Assembly: GCA_002269645.1 (NCBI GenBank)
Contig: NIVC01002572.1
Location: 1 to 64,000, forward strand
DNA: 64,000 nt
Direction of reading: 5' to 3'
Origin: Macrostomum lignano
Lineage: Eukaryota
In this document: positions 1 to 10,086 of the stretch, piece by piece
Numbering within the stretch: the first letter of the stretch is position 1
How the letters are laid out: the number at the start of each line of letters is the position of its first letter
Notes under the pieces: generated by a model
Seen by the model: the letters and a program-made list of their open reading frames with translations, nothing else
Databases searched by the model: none
Told to the model about the DNA's origin: nothing
Translations under genes and position numbers: made by a program

Positions 1-108
1 AGGAGAAGAGCCTGAAGGCAGTATCAGGCCGAGCCTTTTTGAGCGCGGGTCGAGTTGCCGCCTTTTAGCTCTCATGCGGCCGATTTGTTATAACGCGCGC
101 CGAATTTT

Positions 109-191
109 CTGATTGGCTGAGAGCTTTTGTTAAAATAGGCGCCGAATTTTCTGATTGGACGAGCAGGGGCAGTCAGGTCGTCTCTGATTGG
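109..191 (-). promoter_or_regulatory. Three CCAAT boxes (CTGATTGG on +) in the flank left of the element
   Basis: CTGATTGG at 109, 151 and 184 (CCAATCAG on -, NF-Y-type consensus). No associated gene is visible in the window. Confidence 0.4.
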
Positions 192-486
192 CTGAGCTCA
201 AGACCCCAAAACCCACCCCAACCAGGTGGCCTTCAAGACCCCAGGGAAGTTGACAGGTGCGGTCATAAATCACGTGCAAAGCAAATAAAAGTCACTTGTC
301 TAGACATCCTGGAGCCAAAAGTGACTGCAAAACGCCCATAAATCAAAGGAGAAGGTAACAGAGCGAGTGGGGAGAAATTGCTGGAAAGACCTCTTTGACC
401 CAGACAGGCTGGAGCCAAACATGACAGCTAGACCGTCATAAATAACTAAAAATAGTGAAAAAAGTCACAAATCAGGGGGCCAGAAG

Positions 487-1500
487 AGTAGTAGGGCGAA
501 TTATGATACTGCCGCACTAGCACTGGCGAGATAGGCGGCAATGCAAATGTACAGGGAAAAATACACTGCGGAGATATGAGCCCTATCTCTGTGCATTGGG
601 ACGGCTAAGCACTGCAGAGATATGAGCTCTATCTCTGTGCATTGGGGACGGCTAAGCACTGCAGAGATATGAGCTCTATCTCTGTGCATTGGGGACGGCT
701 AAGCACTGCAGAGATATGAGCTCTATCTCTGTGCATTGGGGACGGCTAAGCACTGCAGAGATATGAGCTCTATCTCTGTGCATTGGGGACGGCTAAGCAC
801 TGCAGAGATATGAGCTCTATCTCTGTGCATTGGGGACGGCTAAGCACTGCAGAGATATGAGCTCTATCTCTGTGCATTGGGGACGGCTAAGCACTGCGGA
901 GATAGAGGCGATTCATGATACTGCGCACTAGCACTGGCGAGATAGGCGGCAAAAAGATATAGGAAAAATACACTGCGGAGATATGCCCTATCTCTGTGCA
1001 TTGGGAACGGAAAAATACACTGCGGAGATATGAGCCCTATCTCTGTGCATTGGGGACGGCTAAGCACTGCAGAGATATGAGCTCTATCTCTGTGCATTGG
1101 GGACGGCTAAGCACTGCAGAGATATGAGCTCTATCTCTGTGCATTGGGGACGGCTAAGCACTGCAGAGATATGAGCTCTATCTCTGTGCATTGGGGACGG
1201 CTAAGCACTGCAGAGATATGAGCTCTATCTCTGTGCATTGGGACGGCTAAGCACTGCAGAGATATGAGCTCTATCTGTGCATTGGGGACGGTAAGCACTG
1301 CAGAGATATGAGCTCTATCTCTGTGCATTGGGACGGCTAAGCACTGCGGAGATAGAGGCGATTCATGATACTGCCGCACTAGCACTGGCGAGATAGGCGG
1401 CAAAAAGGATATAGGAAAAATACACTGCGGAGAGGATCCTATCTCTGTGCATTGGGAACGGCTAAACATTGCAGAGATAAGAGGGGTGCCAATCTCTGTG
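487..1500 (+). repeat. Left TIR plus extended higher-order array of 47-bp units
   Basis: 47-bp unit GCACTGCAGAGATATGAGCTCTATCTCTGTGCATTGGGGACGGCTAA starts at 609, 656, 703, 750, 797 and 844; a second block runs ~1064-1340. The sub-terminal segment ATGATACTGCCGCACTAGCACTGGCGAGATAGGCGGCAA recurs at 503, 915 (one base shorter) and 1365. Confidence 0.95.
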
Positions 1501-1694
1501 CTCTGTGTTAGGGTAAGGTTATAAAGTTTTACAACTGCACAGAGGACGGCTGGTGTTGCTTACCTGGATAAGGGGACGGGGGGATACACTAATTACAGCC
1601 GGTGGCCTCTATAACGGTAAAGTAATTATTACCTGAGCATGGCTGGATGTTCATATACGATATGATAAGGAGAGGGCATGCATGTACAAATTAC

Positions 1695-1702
1695 TATATA
1701 AG
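1695..1702 (+). promoter_or_regulatory. TATA box (TATATAAG) upstream of element ORF1
   Basis: TATATAAG ~110 bp upstream of the ATG at 1805. The same 8-mer faces inward at the right end. Confidence 0.55.
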
Positions 1703-1804
1703 CAGCCACGCAAGTACAAATAAACAAATAGACAAAAACAAAATTGTATAAAAGGATTTTTAAAAACCTTACTACTTCTAAAAAACAACTCTTTCTCTTT
1801 CAAA

Positions 1805-3150
1805 ATGAAAACTTTTAAAAGTTGTCATAGAGACCTCTATGAGGTCTGTATAAGCTGCGAAGTGTGCCTGCTTGGAGGCGTGTCCCCAAGACACCACGAG
1901 AATGAGAACTGTCTGGTCTCATGCTGGTTGGCATGCGACCAGTGCGGCACCGTCGAAGCTCTGCAGGAGGGAAAAATTCCAGCATATCATCGAGGACACA
2001 GGATCGTCAGCGATGACAAGAAAAAGCAAGAAAGTAACCGCTGGAAAGTAATCCGCGCCATCAAAAAGAGCAACGAGAGAGAAAAGAAGATCCAGCAGAA
2101 AAAGGGAGCCAGCAGGAGTCTGCTATCAGCTCACTTGAGTCAAGTAATTGACTCTACATTGAAGAGGATGAGGCCAAGCGGGTCTTCAGCAGCTGCAGAA
2201 TTTGAAGTTGAGCTGTCTGCTGGAGTCGAGGCTGCTGGAGTCGAGGCTGCTGGAGTCGAGGCTGCTGGAGTCGAGGCTGCTGGAGTCGAGGCCGCTGGAG
2301 TCGAGGCTGCTGGAGTCGAGGCTGCTGGAGTCGAGGCTGCTGGAGTCGAGGCCGCTGGAGTCGAGGCTGCTGGAGTCGAGGCTGCTGGAGTCGAGGCTGC
2401 TGGAGTCGAGGCCGCTGGAGTCGAGGCTGCTGGAGTCGAGGCTCGAGGCTGCTGGAGTCGAGGCTGCTGCTGTCATAAACTTCATAGAGGAAGATGTCCT
2501 GGATCAGTTCCTCAGGGAATTCAACGCTGGTCAGCAGCAGCAGCAACCTGTCTCTTCGGTTCCGGTGATTGCTGGAAAACAACTTCATCTAATTGAAGAC
2601 GACCACGAAATGGAAATCCTAGAAGAGGAGGGCAGCGACAATGAGTCGCATAATGCAATTGTGCCACCTGCAGCTCCAGCCGCCCCAGCTGCTCTGGCCG
2701 CCCCAGCTGCTCTGGCCGCCCCAGCTGCTCTGGCCGCCCCAGCTGCTCTGGCCGCCCCAGCTGCTCTGTCCGCCCCAGCTGCTCTGGCCGCCCCAGCTGC
2801 TCCAGCCGCCCCAGCTGCTCTGGCCGCCCCAGCTGCTCTGGCCGCCCCAGCTGCTCTGCCGCCCCAGCTGCTCTGGCCGCCCCAGCTGCTCCAGCCGCCC
2901 CAGCTGCTCTGGCCGCCCCAGCTGCTCTGGCCGCCCCAGCTGCTCTGGCCGCCCCAGCTGCTCCAGCCGCCCCAGCTGCTCTGGCTGCCCCAGCTGCTCC
3001 AGCCGCCCAGCTGCAGCCTCTACAATTCCAGCTTCTCAATCCGAAACTCCACCCGTGCCAGCTGGAGTTGCCTTCTTTCTGCCTCCTGTCGGCGGGGCTG
3101 GGTACGAGGTAACGATTTTCGAAAATCGTATTAGAATTGTGCCGCTGTGA
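1805..3150 (+). CDS. Element ORF1: Cys/His-rich N-terminus, (AGVEA)n, acidic segment, (AAPAAL)n, short C-terminal domain; frameshifted
   Basis: Track ORFs 1805..2596, 2202..3134 and 2641..3150 stitch together across indels at ~2443 (7 extra nt in the 15-bp repeat), ~2858 and ~3005. N-terminus has CxxC..C..HH..C..C..CxxC..H..H. The chain ends ...GYEVTIFENRIRIVPL*. Confidence 0.65.
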
Positions 3151-4035
3151 CTAAGCAATTTTTGTACTTTTTTGCTTTCTGTGTGGAGTGAGAAATCTAC
3201 CCATTTATTGCAATTATTGCTAAAACTTTATTTCAACTAGCTTTTTAAAGTTGAAAGTAGGTACATTAATTAATGATTTGATCATCTCATAACTCTGTAT
3301 TCGCTTCTAGGAATCTTGCTTATAAGTTTTCAGTTTTCATTTCCAAATTAGTTTTAAAAAAAGCTCGTAGCTCGTAGTGGCAACCAATATTTTTTTGGTA
3401 TCCGAGGTAAAAAAAATTATTTGAAAAGTAGGTGAAACATTATACAGTTGAATTTAACAAATTAAAATCAACATAACATACTTTCAATAAATTGGTGATG
3501 GTTTCGTATGCTTGGTGCGATTGATTAGGTATAATTTTCTTTCTACTGCTTTGACGCGGTGTTTCCTCATTCTTTAATTATTGAACTTTTCAGCTATATT
3601 TCTGCTTCTAAACTCTCGTCTGTATTTTTAATTCATTGTTCCATGCATTGTTTATTGACTATGATTGCACCATGTGAATTCGATAATTTTTTAAAAAAAT
3701 ATATACATATAATGTCAGCATTTTTCCACTCGGTGATTGGTTTGTTAATTAACTATTGGCTTCATTTTGCATTTTTTACCGATTGAGTCTGCGTAGGAGG
3801 CAAATAGAAACGAACTTTTACGAATAGGGATCAATAGAATATGCATGCAGAGAGCTAGCTTAAGGGAGAACCAAAAAAATATAACCAGCATCTACTAGCT
3901 TGTAAGTGTGGATATTGTACCAGTATTGCAGCAATAAAGACTTACGAAAAAGATTTCCAATATTCACTCCCAGTTGCTTATGACACTCAGTTGCAGCCAG
4001 TAAACACTGTCAGCTTTTAACTGCTTGCCTTTTCT

Positions 4036-4432
4036 ATGGTTGAGCACTCCTGGATGGAGCAGGAGAATGACCACTCATGGATGGAGAATGACCACTCATG
4101 GATGGAGAATGACCACTCATGGATGGAGAATGACCACTCATGGATGGAGAATGGCCACTCGTGGATGGAGGATGACCACTCGTGGATCGAGTATGACCAC
4201 CCTTGGGTGGACCATGACGTCAGCAGCGAGTCAGCAGCCAGCAGCGAGTCGGCAGCCAGCAGCGAGTCGGCAGCCAGCAGCGAGTCGGCAGCCAGCAGCG
4301 AGTCAGCAGCCAGCAGCGAGTCAGCAGCCAGCAGCGAGTCAGCAGCCAGCAGCGAGTCAGCAGCCAGCAGCGAGTCAGCAGCCAGCAGCGAGTCAGCAGC
4401 CAACAGCGAGTCGGTGACTGATGCACACCAAG
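4036..4432 (+). CDS. Predicted 5' exon of pPolB: (HSWMEND)n and (SSESAA)n repeats
   Basis: ATG at 4036; donor AG|GTAAGT at 4432/4433 (phase 1) joins in frame to the acceptor CCAG|G at 4664/4665. Confidence 0.65.
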
Positions 4433-4664
4433 GTAAGTGCCTTTATTTATCCTTTTCAACTTACTTAAAAATTTTCTTATCAATGCGATGTATATTATGC
4501 AGTCTAAAATTTTAGTCCAAAGAATGGGAGAAGGGGAGATAAAAGACTTTATACCGGTAGGGTTGTACATGTATGCTTGGGTACAGACGTTTAGTTTAGT
4601 ATCTTTGATATTTGAAACTATAGGCAGCAAAAAACAAAAATATTATCCTAAAACCACAAACCAG

Positions 4665-7600
4665 GTTCAACAGTCAGCTTCAGCAGAGTTGCCCAAGCCT
4701 ATGATCAATCACTGGAAATACTGAGGCTCAGATCGAGTCACCCAGACACGCTTCCGTCAGAATTTTTTGTCCAAGCTGGAGACAAAATTATTGAGGCAGT
4801 TCAGCAAAGAATTTCAAGACATCATTACAAAGTTCAGCTAAAGGCGAATATTCGAATGGTCCGAATAAGAGATGGGGAGATGCTTGCCGAAGAGGACAGA
4901 TGGATAAGCTGTAAAATGCAGGCCCTAGACCTAGGTGGTGAAGCAGGCCGTTTAAACAACTGGTTGATTGAGCAGGAGCAGGAGTTGGAGAGGATCTGTA
5001 GTATGATTAATACGAACGGCAGTGGCTGGACAATTAAACAAATTAATTTTCTAGACATCAACCTTGCCAGGTACAATCCAATTCGATTTCGCCAGGGCAG
5101 AGCCGTTAGATTCAATCTTCCTGCCAGTTTGAAGAACAAAAAGGCTGTTATCAATCCACCGAGCACAGGCAAAGACTGTTTCCTGTACGCCTGTCTCGCT
5201 GCACTGCACAGCGCCGATCCGAAAGTTCAGAAATCGCCCAACAGAATATCCTCTTACGATGAATGGTTGCGTGAGCTGGACTTTGCAGAAATCTCCATGC
5301 CAGTGAGTGTCGCTGATATCGATCGCGTCGAGTCTAACAATCCAGGAATTTGCATTTCTGCGTTCTCTTGGCAGCAGGGCAGTGTGACTCTTCTCCGTCG
5401 CCGCAAGCATGAGTCAGATGACCGAAGACACCTCATGCTTTTGCTAGTTAAAGACAGCTACGGATCGGAGCACTGGTGTGCAATTACTAATTTTGACAGG
5501 TTAATGAACAGTCGTAATGGTCCCGCCATGAGGAAGTGGTGCACGAAATGTTTAACATCATTTTATAGCAACGAGAGGCTTCAAGAGCACAGGAACGAAT
5601 GCAGCATTACTGCAGAAAATCCTGTCAAAGAAACGCTTCCAGTTCCAGGACAGAATGAAATAAAGTTCCGAAACTGTCAAAACACTGTCAGTCCACCATT
5701 CGTTGCCTATGCCGACCTGGAAGCCATTTTGCGAGCGAACACAGACCCTGCTAACCTGATCTCAAAGCATGAACCATGTGCAGCAGCTTTTCTTGCAGTG
5801 CCTCGTGAAGGCATGACAGGACCTCCGCTTAGGCCAGAAGGAGACATGTACAAGGTCTTTTGCAATGCGGACCCTGATGAGTGTATCCTTGGTTTTCTCA
5901 AATCTCTTGAAAGCCTGGCTCAGGATATATTTCACTGGAACCAGAAGCATAGCCACCAGCCGGCTGACCGATCATCCGCGACCGTCATGGATGATTTCAA
6001 TTCTGCTGAGGTATGTCACTACTGCAAGAAGAACTTTAAAAGTTCTACAGATAAACATTTTGACCACGATCATTTAAATGGACAGTACAAAGGTGCAGCA
6101 TGTCAAGAATGCAACCTGCGAGCACAGCTCCGACGCCGGTTTCTGCCCCTGGTTTTTCACAACTTAGGCGGCTACGACCTTCATCTTCTACTTTCCACTG
6201 CGCTTGGGAGCATGAAAAATTGGAAACTTAGTGTTGTTCCGCAATCATCCGAGCGATACTTGTCACTAAGGGCGGAATTCCCTGTTGCAAGTTACGTAAA
6301 GAACGGAAAAGTTGTGCCAATCATGTTTACAATTCAGTTCATCGACTCGCTCTGCTTTTTGAAGGGAAGTTTGTCCAATTTGTTTGCTAATCTTCCCGAA
6401 GCTGAATGCAAGCTGACAATGCAAATGCTTGAGTCAAGACCACATCTTTCAAGAGAGCTACTTCGAAAAAAAGGGATTTTCCCATATGATTACCTCACAG
6501 GATTTGAGATTCTCGAGCAGTCGGTTTTGCCCCTAAAGATGCTTTTTTTAATCGACTTTCCGATAGGGGAATTTCCGACGACGACTACAATAGAGCAAGA
6601 GCGGCATGGGCGGCATTTCAATGCAAAAGTTTGAAGGATTATATGCTCGCCTATCTTGAAATGGATGTAAGGCAGCTGGCTGACATTTTCGAGACATTCC
6701 GACAGGCCAGTCTGAAAGAGGACGGATTGGATCCGGTACACTACTTTACTACTCCTGGTTTGTCTTACGACTCAGCTCTAAAGTCGACTGGAGTGGTTCT
6801 AGAGCAGCTGACTGATGCTGACATGTATCATCTGTTTGAGAAGGGAATACGAGGAGGCATGTCCTTCATTAATGTGCATTGCGTCAAAGGTAATAATCCT
6901 AGCTTGCCAGGTTATGATGATCAGCAAGAGAGTGTAAGCCTCATGCCGATCGATATGAACAACTTGTATGGCTTTGCCCTGTCGCTTCCGCTTCCATGCA
7001 GGGAATTCAGGTGGGTACCGGAACAGGAAATCCAGTTCTGGGACTCCAATCGGTTTCTGTCACTCAATCCAGAAGCCGAGATCGCCTACCTTGTTCAACT
7101 CGATCTAGAATACCCAGCTGAGATTCACGATTCGACTCAGGAGTTACCGTTTGCACCTGAAAAATCAAAACCACAGCCAGATCAATTCTCGCCGTACATG
7201 GCCGAACTATGGAAAGAGATTGCTGAACAGCGAACTGGCAATGCTGAAGCTAAGTTTCAAGCAACGGAGAAGCTTCTACTCACCTGTACCGACAAGGATT
7301 CTTACGTAGTTCACAGCACCGTTTTAAGATTTTACCTGCAACACGGAATGCGGATCAAGTGCGTCAAAAAAATGATTTCGTTCAAGCAGGAAAATATTTT
7401 CGCGCCGTACATTGCCAGCAACAATGAAAAAAGAGCTTTGGCAACTTCCGAGTTTGCTAAGGATTTTTACAAATTGAAAAACAATTCTCTCTTTGGAAAA
7501 ACTATGGAGAACGTTCGAAAAAGATGCGATGTTCGAATTTGCACTAACCAGACTCAAGCAGAAACTTGCGCCTCTCGACCAAACTGTGCCGCATTCTCGA

Positions 7601-8313
7601 TTATCAATGAGTCGTTGAGCATTTTTCAGCTCAAAAAAGATAAAGTCACGCTTGACAAGGCCATTTTCGTTGGCCAGGCAGTTCTCGATCTCTCTAAGAT
7701 GGCCATGTACAGCCTACTATATGACAGGCTCCGACCGCTGTTCTGTCATTCAGACGGTTCCAGAGACATGATGCTTTGCGGAGGTGATACTGACTCATTT
7801 TTTCTAGCTTTCAAGAATCATGATTTAACATCGGAGGTAATCCCGAAGCTTAGAGAGGAAAAAATACTTGACACATCCAACTATTCTCGAGACCATCCGC
7901 ATTTCTCTGAAGAGTTAAAAGGAAAGCTGGGCTGCGTTAAAGATGAATCTGCTGGTGGAATTTACCAGGAGTGGATTCTTTTGCGTCCAAAACTTTATTC
8001 GTTTCTCCCTGCCGAGAATTCGAGTGCAAAGATCAAGAAAACTGCCAAAGGCGTGAAGCAGTCAGTAGTAAGACAGCAAATTTCGCATGCGAACTATGTC
8101 GACGCGTTCGAGTCCAAGCAAGAGCAGATGGTTGCCATGACAGCGATTGTTTCCAAGAAACACGAAATCTTCACGTCGGTCATGGAGAAAAGAAGCCTAT
8201 CGGTGTGGGAGGATAAGCGAGTGTGGCTTAGCAGTAATCGAAGCCTGCCCTACGGACACTATGCGCTGACGCCCGCATCCCACGATCAGCTGAAGCGCAT
8301 CCGACTGGTCTAG
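4665..8313 (+). CDS. pPolB: Protein-primed family B DNA polymerase (TP-like region, vOTU-like protease, exonuclease, polymerase); one frameshift at 6530-6533
   Basis: The frame is open from 4652. Motifs: GSGW; KDCF and EHWC (vOTU-like Cys/His); ExoI YADLE; CHYC..DHDH..CQEC; ExoII HNLGGYD; KGIFPYDY; ExoIII YLEMD; DMNNLYG; KLKNNSLFGK; GDTDS; KTAKGV. Adding one C to the C4 run restores LPPKDAFFNRLSDRGISDDDY...KSLKDY. Confidence 0.96.
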
Positions 8314-8894
8314 TGCGGGTGTTTAACAGACTGTTTAGTACTTTTTCTTGCTTTTAGAGTTGTTTAAATTGCCAAATTCTGTTTTAAATGTAGTGACTTG
8401 CATGTAGTAACTTTTACAAATTTGTATGCTTGGCTAATTGCGCTAGATTTAGCTGTCAATTTGTTTTTGCGGCGTGAAATATTGATATCAATTTAAGTTT
8501 TACTTTTTATAAAGCTGTGGCAAGTGCGCTCATACAATATTAATTCATTTTTGTTTGCTTTGTGTACTACTTGTTTAAAATGTGTTTTTGGTTTTTATCT
8601 GACATAAATTGTTCCTGTAAATTCAATCAGCGTTTTAATCATATTTTCTCTATCACTTTTCTATTTCTCTTCTCTCGGTGCACATCGTTTGTTATAACGA
8701 TGGTAGTATTGTTTACTTTCGGATTTGATATGCGTTTTGCGATACTTTTGGTGATGGGCTAAATACGTTTTTGAAGTGTTCCATAGCTGTCTGCCTGGGA
8801 AAATGAATGTAAAGAATACTAAGTTTATCCTTTTATTCACTTTTCACTAATCATTGAAATATTTGCGGCAAATTGCTTGACTTGACTTTTATTT

Positions 8895-9467
8895 TTATTC
8901 AATGGAAAGAACTACATTGAGTAGACGCATGCTATCGGTATGCAACTGATTCAAGGACCGAGCTCTACTGAGAACAAAAGAGCCGCTGTGAAAAAGCAGA
9001 CATTTACAAAAGTTTAAATTGAAAATTAAAGCAGAAAAGGATTCTGGTTCATATTCGGCGTTTGGGATAATTGATTTTAACATTAATAAGGAAAGTGCGG
9101 AATGAACTGGGAGCTGTCCATGAGCAGTAATAGTTTTAATTCGAACACAAATTGTTTGATGAGGCAGCAGTTGAGCCGGCACTCTCCGATGCAGCATAGC
9201 CACGAAGCGACGGGCAGCCCTTTTGGCGTCTGCGTGGGTCTTGGCACCGCAGATGCTCAGTTGCCCAGTAGGGTAGAGTAGCAGAGTCACTCTGGGACTT
9301 CGCATCCGCTTGATGAGCACCCGGGGCCAGACGGGCCGGTAGATCACATGAGCCATGCTGAGAGCCAGTTCCCGTAGAGGCAGCTGAGCGCCCCTGCCAC
9401 CATCCAGTCTCAGATCTACTCCGCCAACCAGATTGGTCACTCTTAGGGCTGTAGCTGGTGGGCTCAT
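8895..9467 (-). CDS. TBP-like: TATA-binding protein (TBP) fold homolog encoded by the element, 190 aa from ATG 9467
   Basis: Two TBP repeats. Repeat 1: VTNLVGGVDL..LPLRELAL..YRPVWPRVLIKRMRSPRVTLLLYPTGQLSICGAKTHADAKRAARRF (cf. TBP [59 protein letters not shown]). Repeat 2: YEPESFSALIF..LLFHSGSFVLSRAR (cf. YEPELFPGLIY..LLIFVSGKVVLTGAK). Uninterrupted ORF; AATAAA on - at 8832-8837. Confidence 0.9.
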   Translation of the reverse strand: MSPPATALRVTNLVGGVDLRLDGGRGAQLPLRELALSMAHVIYRPVWPRVLIKRMRSPRVTLLLYPTGQLSICGAKTHADAKRAARRFVAMLHRRVPAQLLPHQTICVRIKTITAHGQLPVHSALSLLMLKSIIPNAEYEPESFSALIFNLNFCKCLLFHSGSFVLSRARSLNQLHTDSMRLLNVVLSIE

Positions 9468-9542
9468 TTCGATCGTCAACTTCTTCACCAAATCTGCTTC
9501 TGCCAACTTTACTGCTCGTGTGCCACGGACACTGCTCGCTTC

Positions 9543-9986
9543 TTAAGTTGATGCAGAACTTTGGCTTAAGCCAACTGTAGTGCAGCAACGAATTTCTCAC
9601 TGCACAGCCAGTATCTGAATCTTCAGTCGAGGGTGCTCCCAAATCTTCTAGGTTATAAACCTGTCTTCCAAGCAGCTCAGTCAGAAAAATCGACTTCCTT
9701 TCCCCATTTGACCAGATCGGACCACTGGCAATGCTCAGAATGTCTTCCGCCAGTTCCATGTACGGACGGGTTCCATCATTCCACTTAAACTGGTGCAGAC
9801 TCTTAGATAGCTGTCTGTAGTAAACTCGCATGTCAGGTGAGACTCTCTCCCATGGATACGGAGGTGCGTACACATGGTGAGCAATGCGGTAGCTCCCCGC
9901 TCTGATTTGAACAACTGCCAACTCCTTCACAACAAATTTTTTGCTTGTGCTGTTGCACGGAATCCTTGGAAGTCAATGTAGTTCAT
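9543..9986 (-). CDS. Polinton-associated DnaQ/DEDD-like exonuclease-fold protein; frameshifted
   Basis: MNYIDFQGF (ATG 9986) joins FVVKELAVV with one indel between 9937 and 9962, then APPYPW, HQFKWNDG..PY, NLEDLGAP and CAVRN..W. I recall this pattern from Maverick-type elements. The true 3' end is uncertain; the track ORF runs on to 9136. Confidence 0.6.
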
Positions 9987-10086
9987 GATGCAGCTTTCCT
10001 TCGAAAATTTCGGAGTCAGTCCACCTTCTTATATACTTTTCTGGCAGGCAGTTTCAGCCAGGCTGTGTTGCTCCCGTACCCCTTGA

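Noticed and set aside
501-1469. Track ORFs 501..689, 864..1097 and 1131..1469
   Set aside because: Translations of the TIR repeat.
590-1470. 47-bp palindromic repeats as a CRISPR array
   Set aside because: Units are contiguous with no unique spacers, no cas genes are present, the context is eukaryotic, and the same units form the right TIR.
4017-4630. ORFs 4017..4403(-), 4025..4417(+) and 4220..4630(-)
   Set aside because: Alternative frames of the stop-free 21- and 18-bp repeats. Only the 4036 frame has a phase-compatible splice to pPolB.
6520-6560. Programmed -1 ribosomal frameshift in pPolB
   Set aside because: No X XXY YYZ slippery heptamer at the shift point (C4 run), and the same single-base losses occur throughout the window.
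9136-9506. C-terminal half of ORF 9136..9930 as real protein, and a TTG start at 9506 for TBP-like
   Set aside because: It is an alternative frame of the TBP-like gene with no recognisable features; ATG 9467 directly precedes the first TBP strand.
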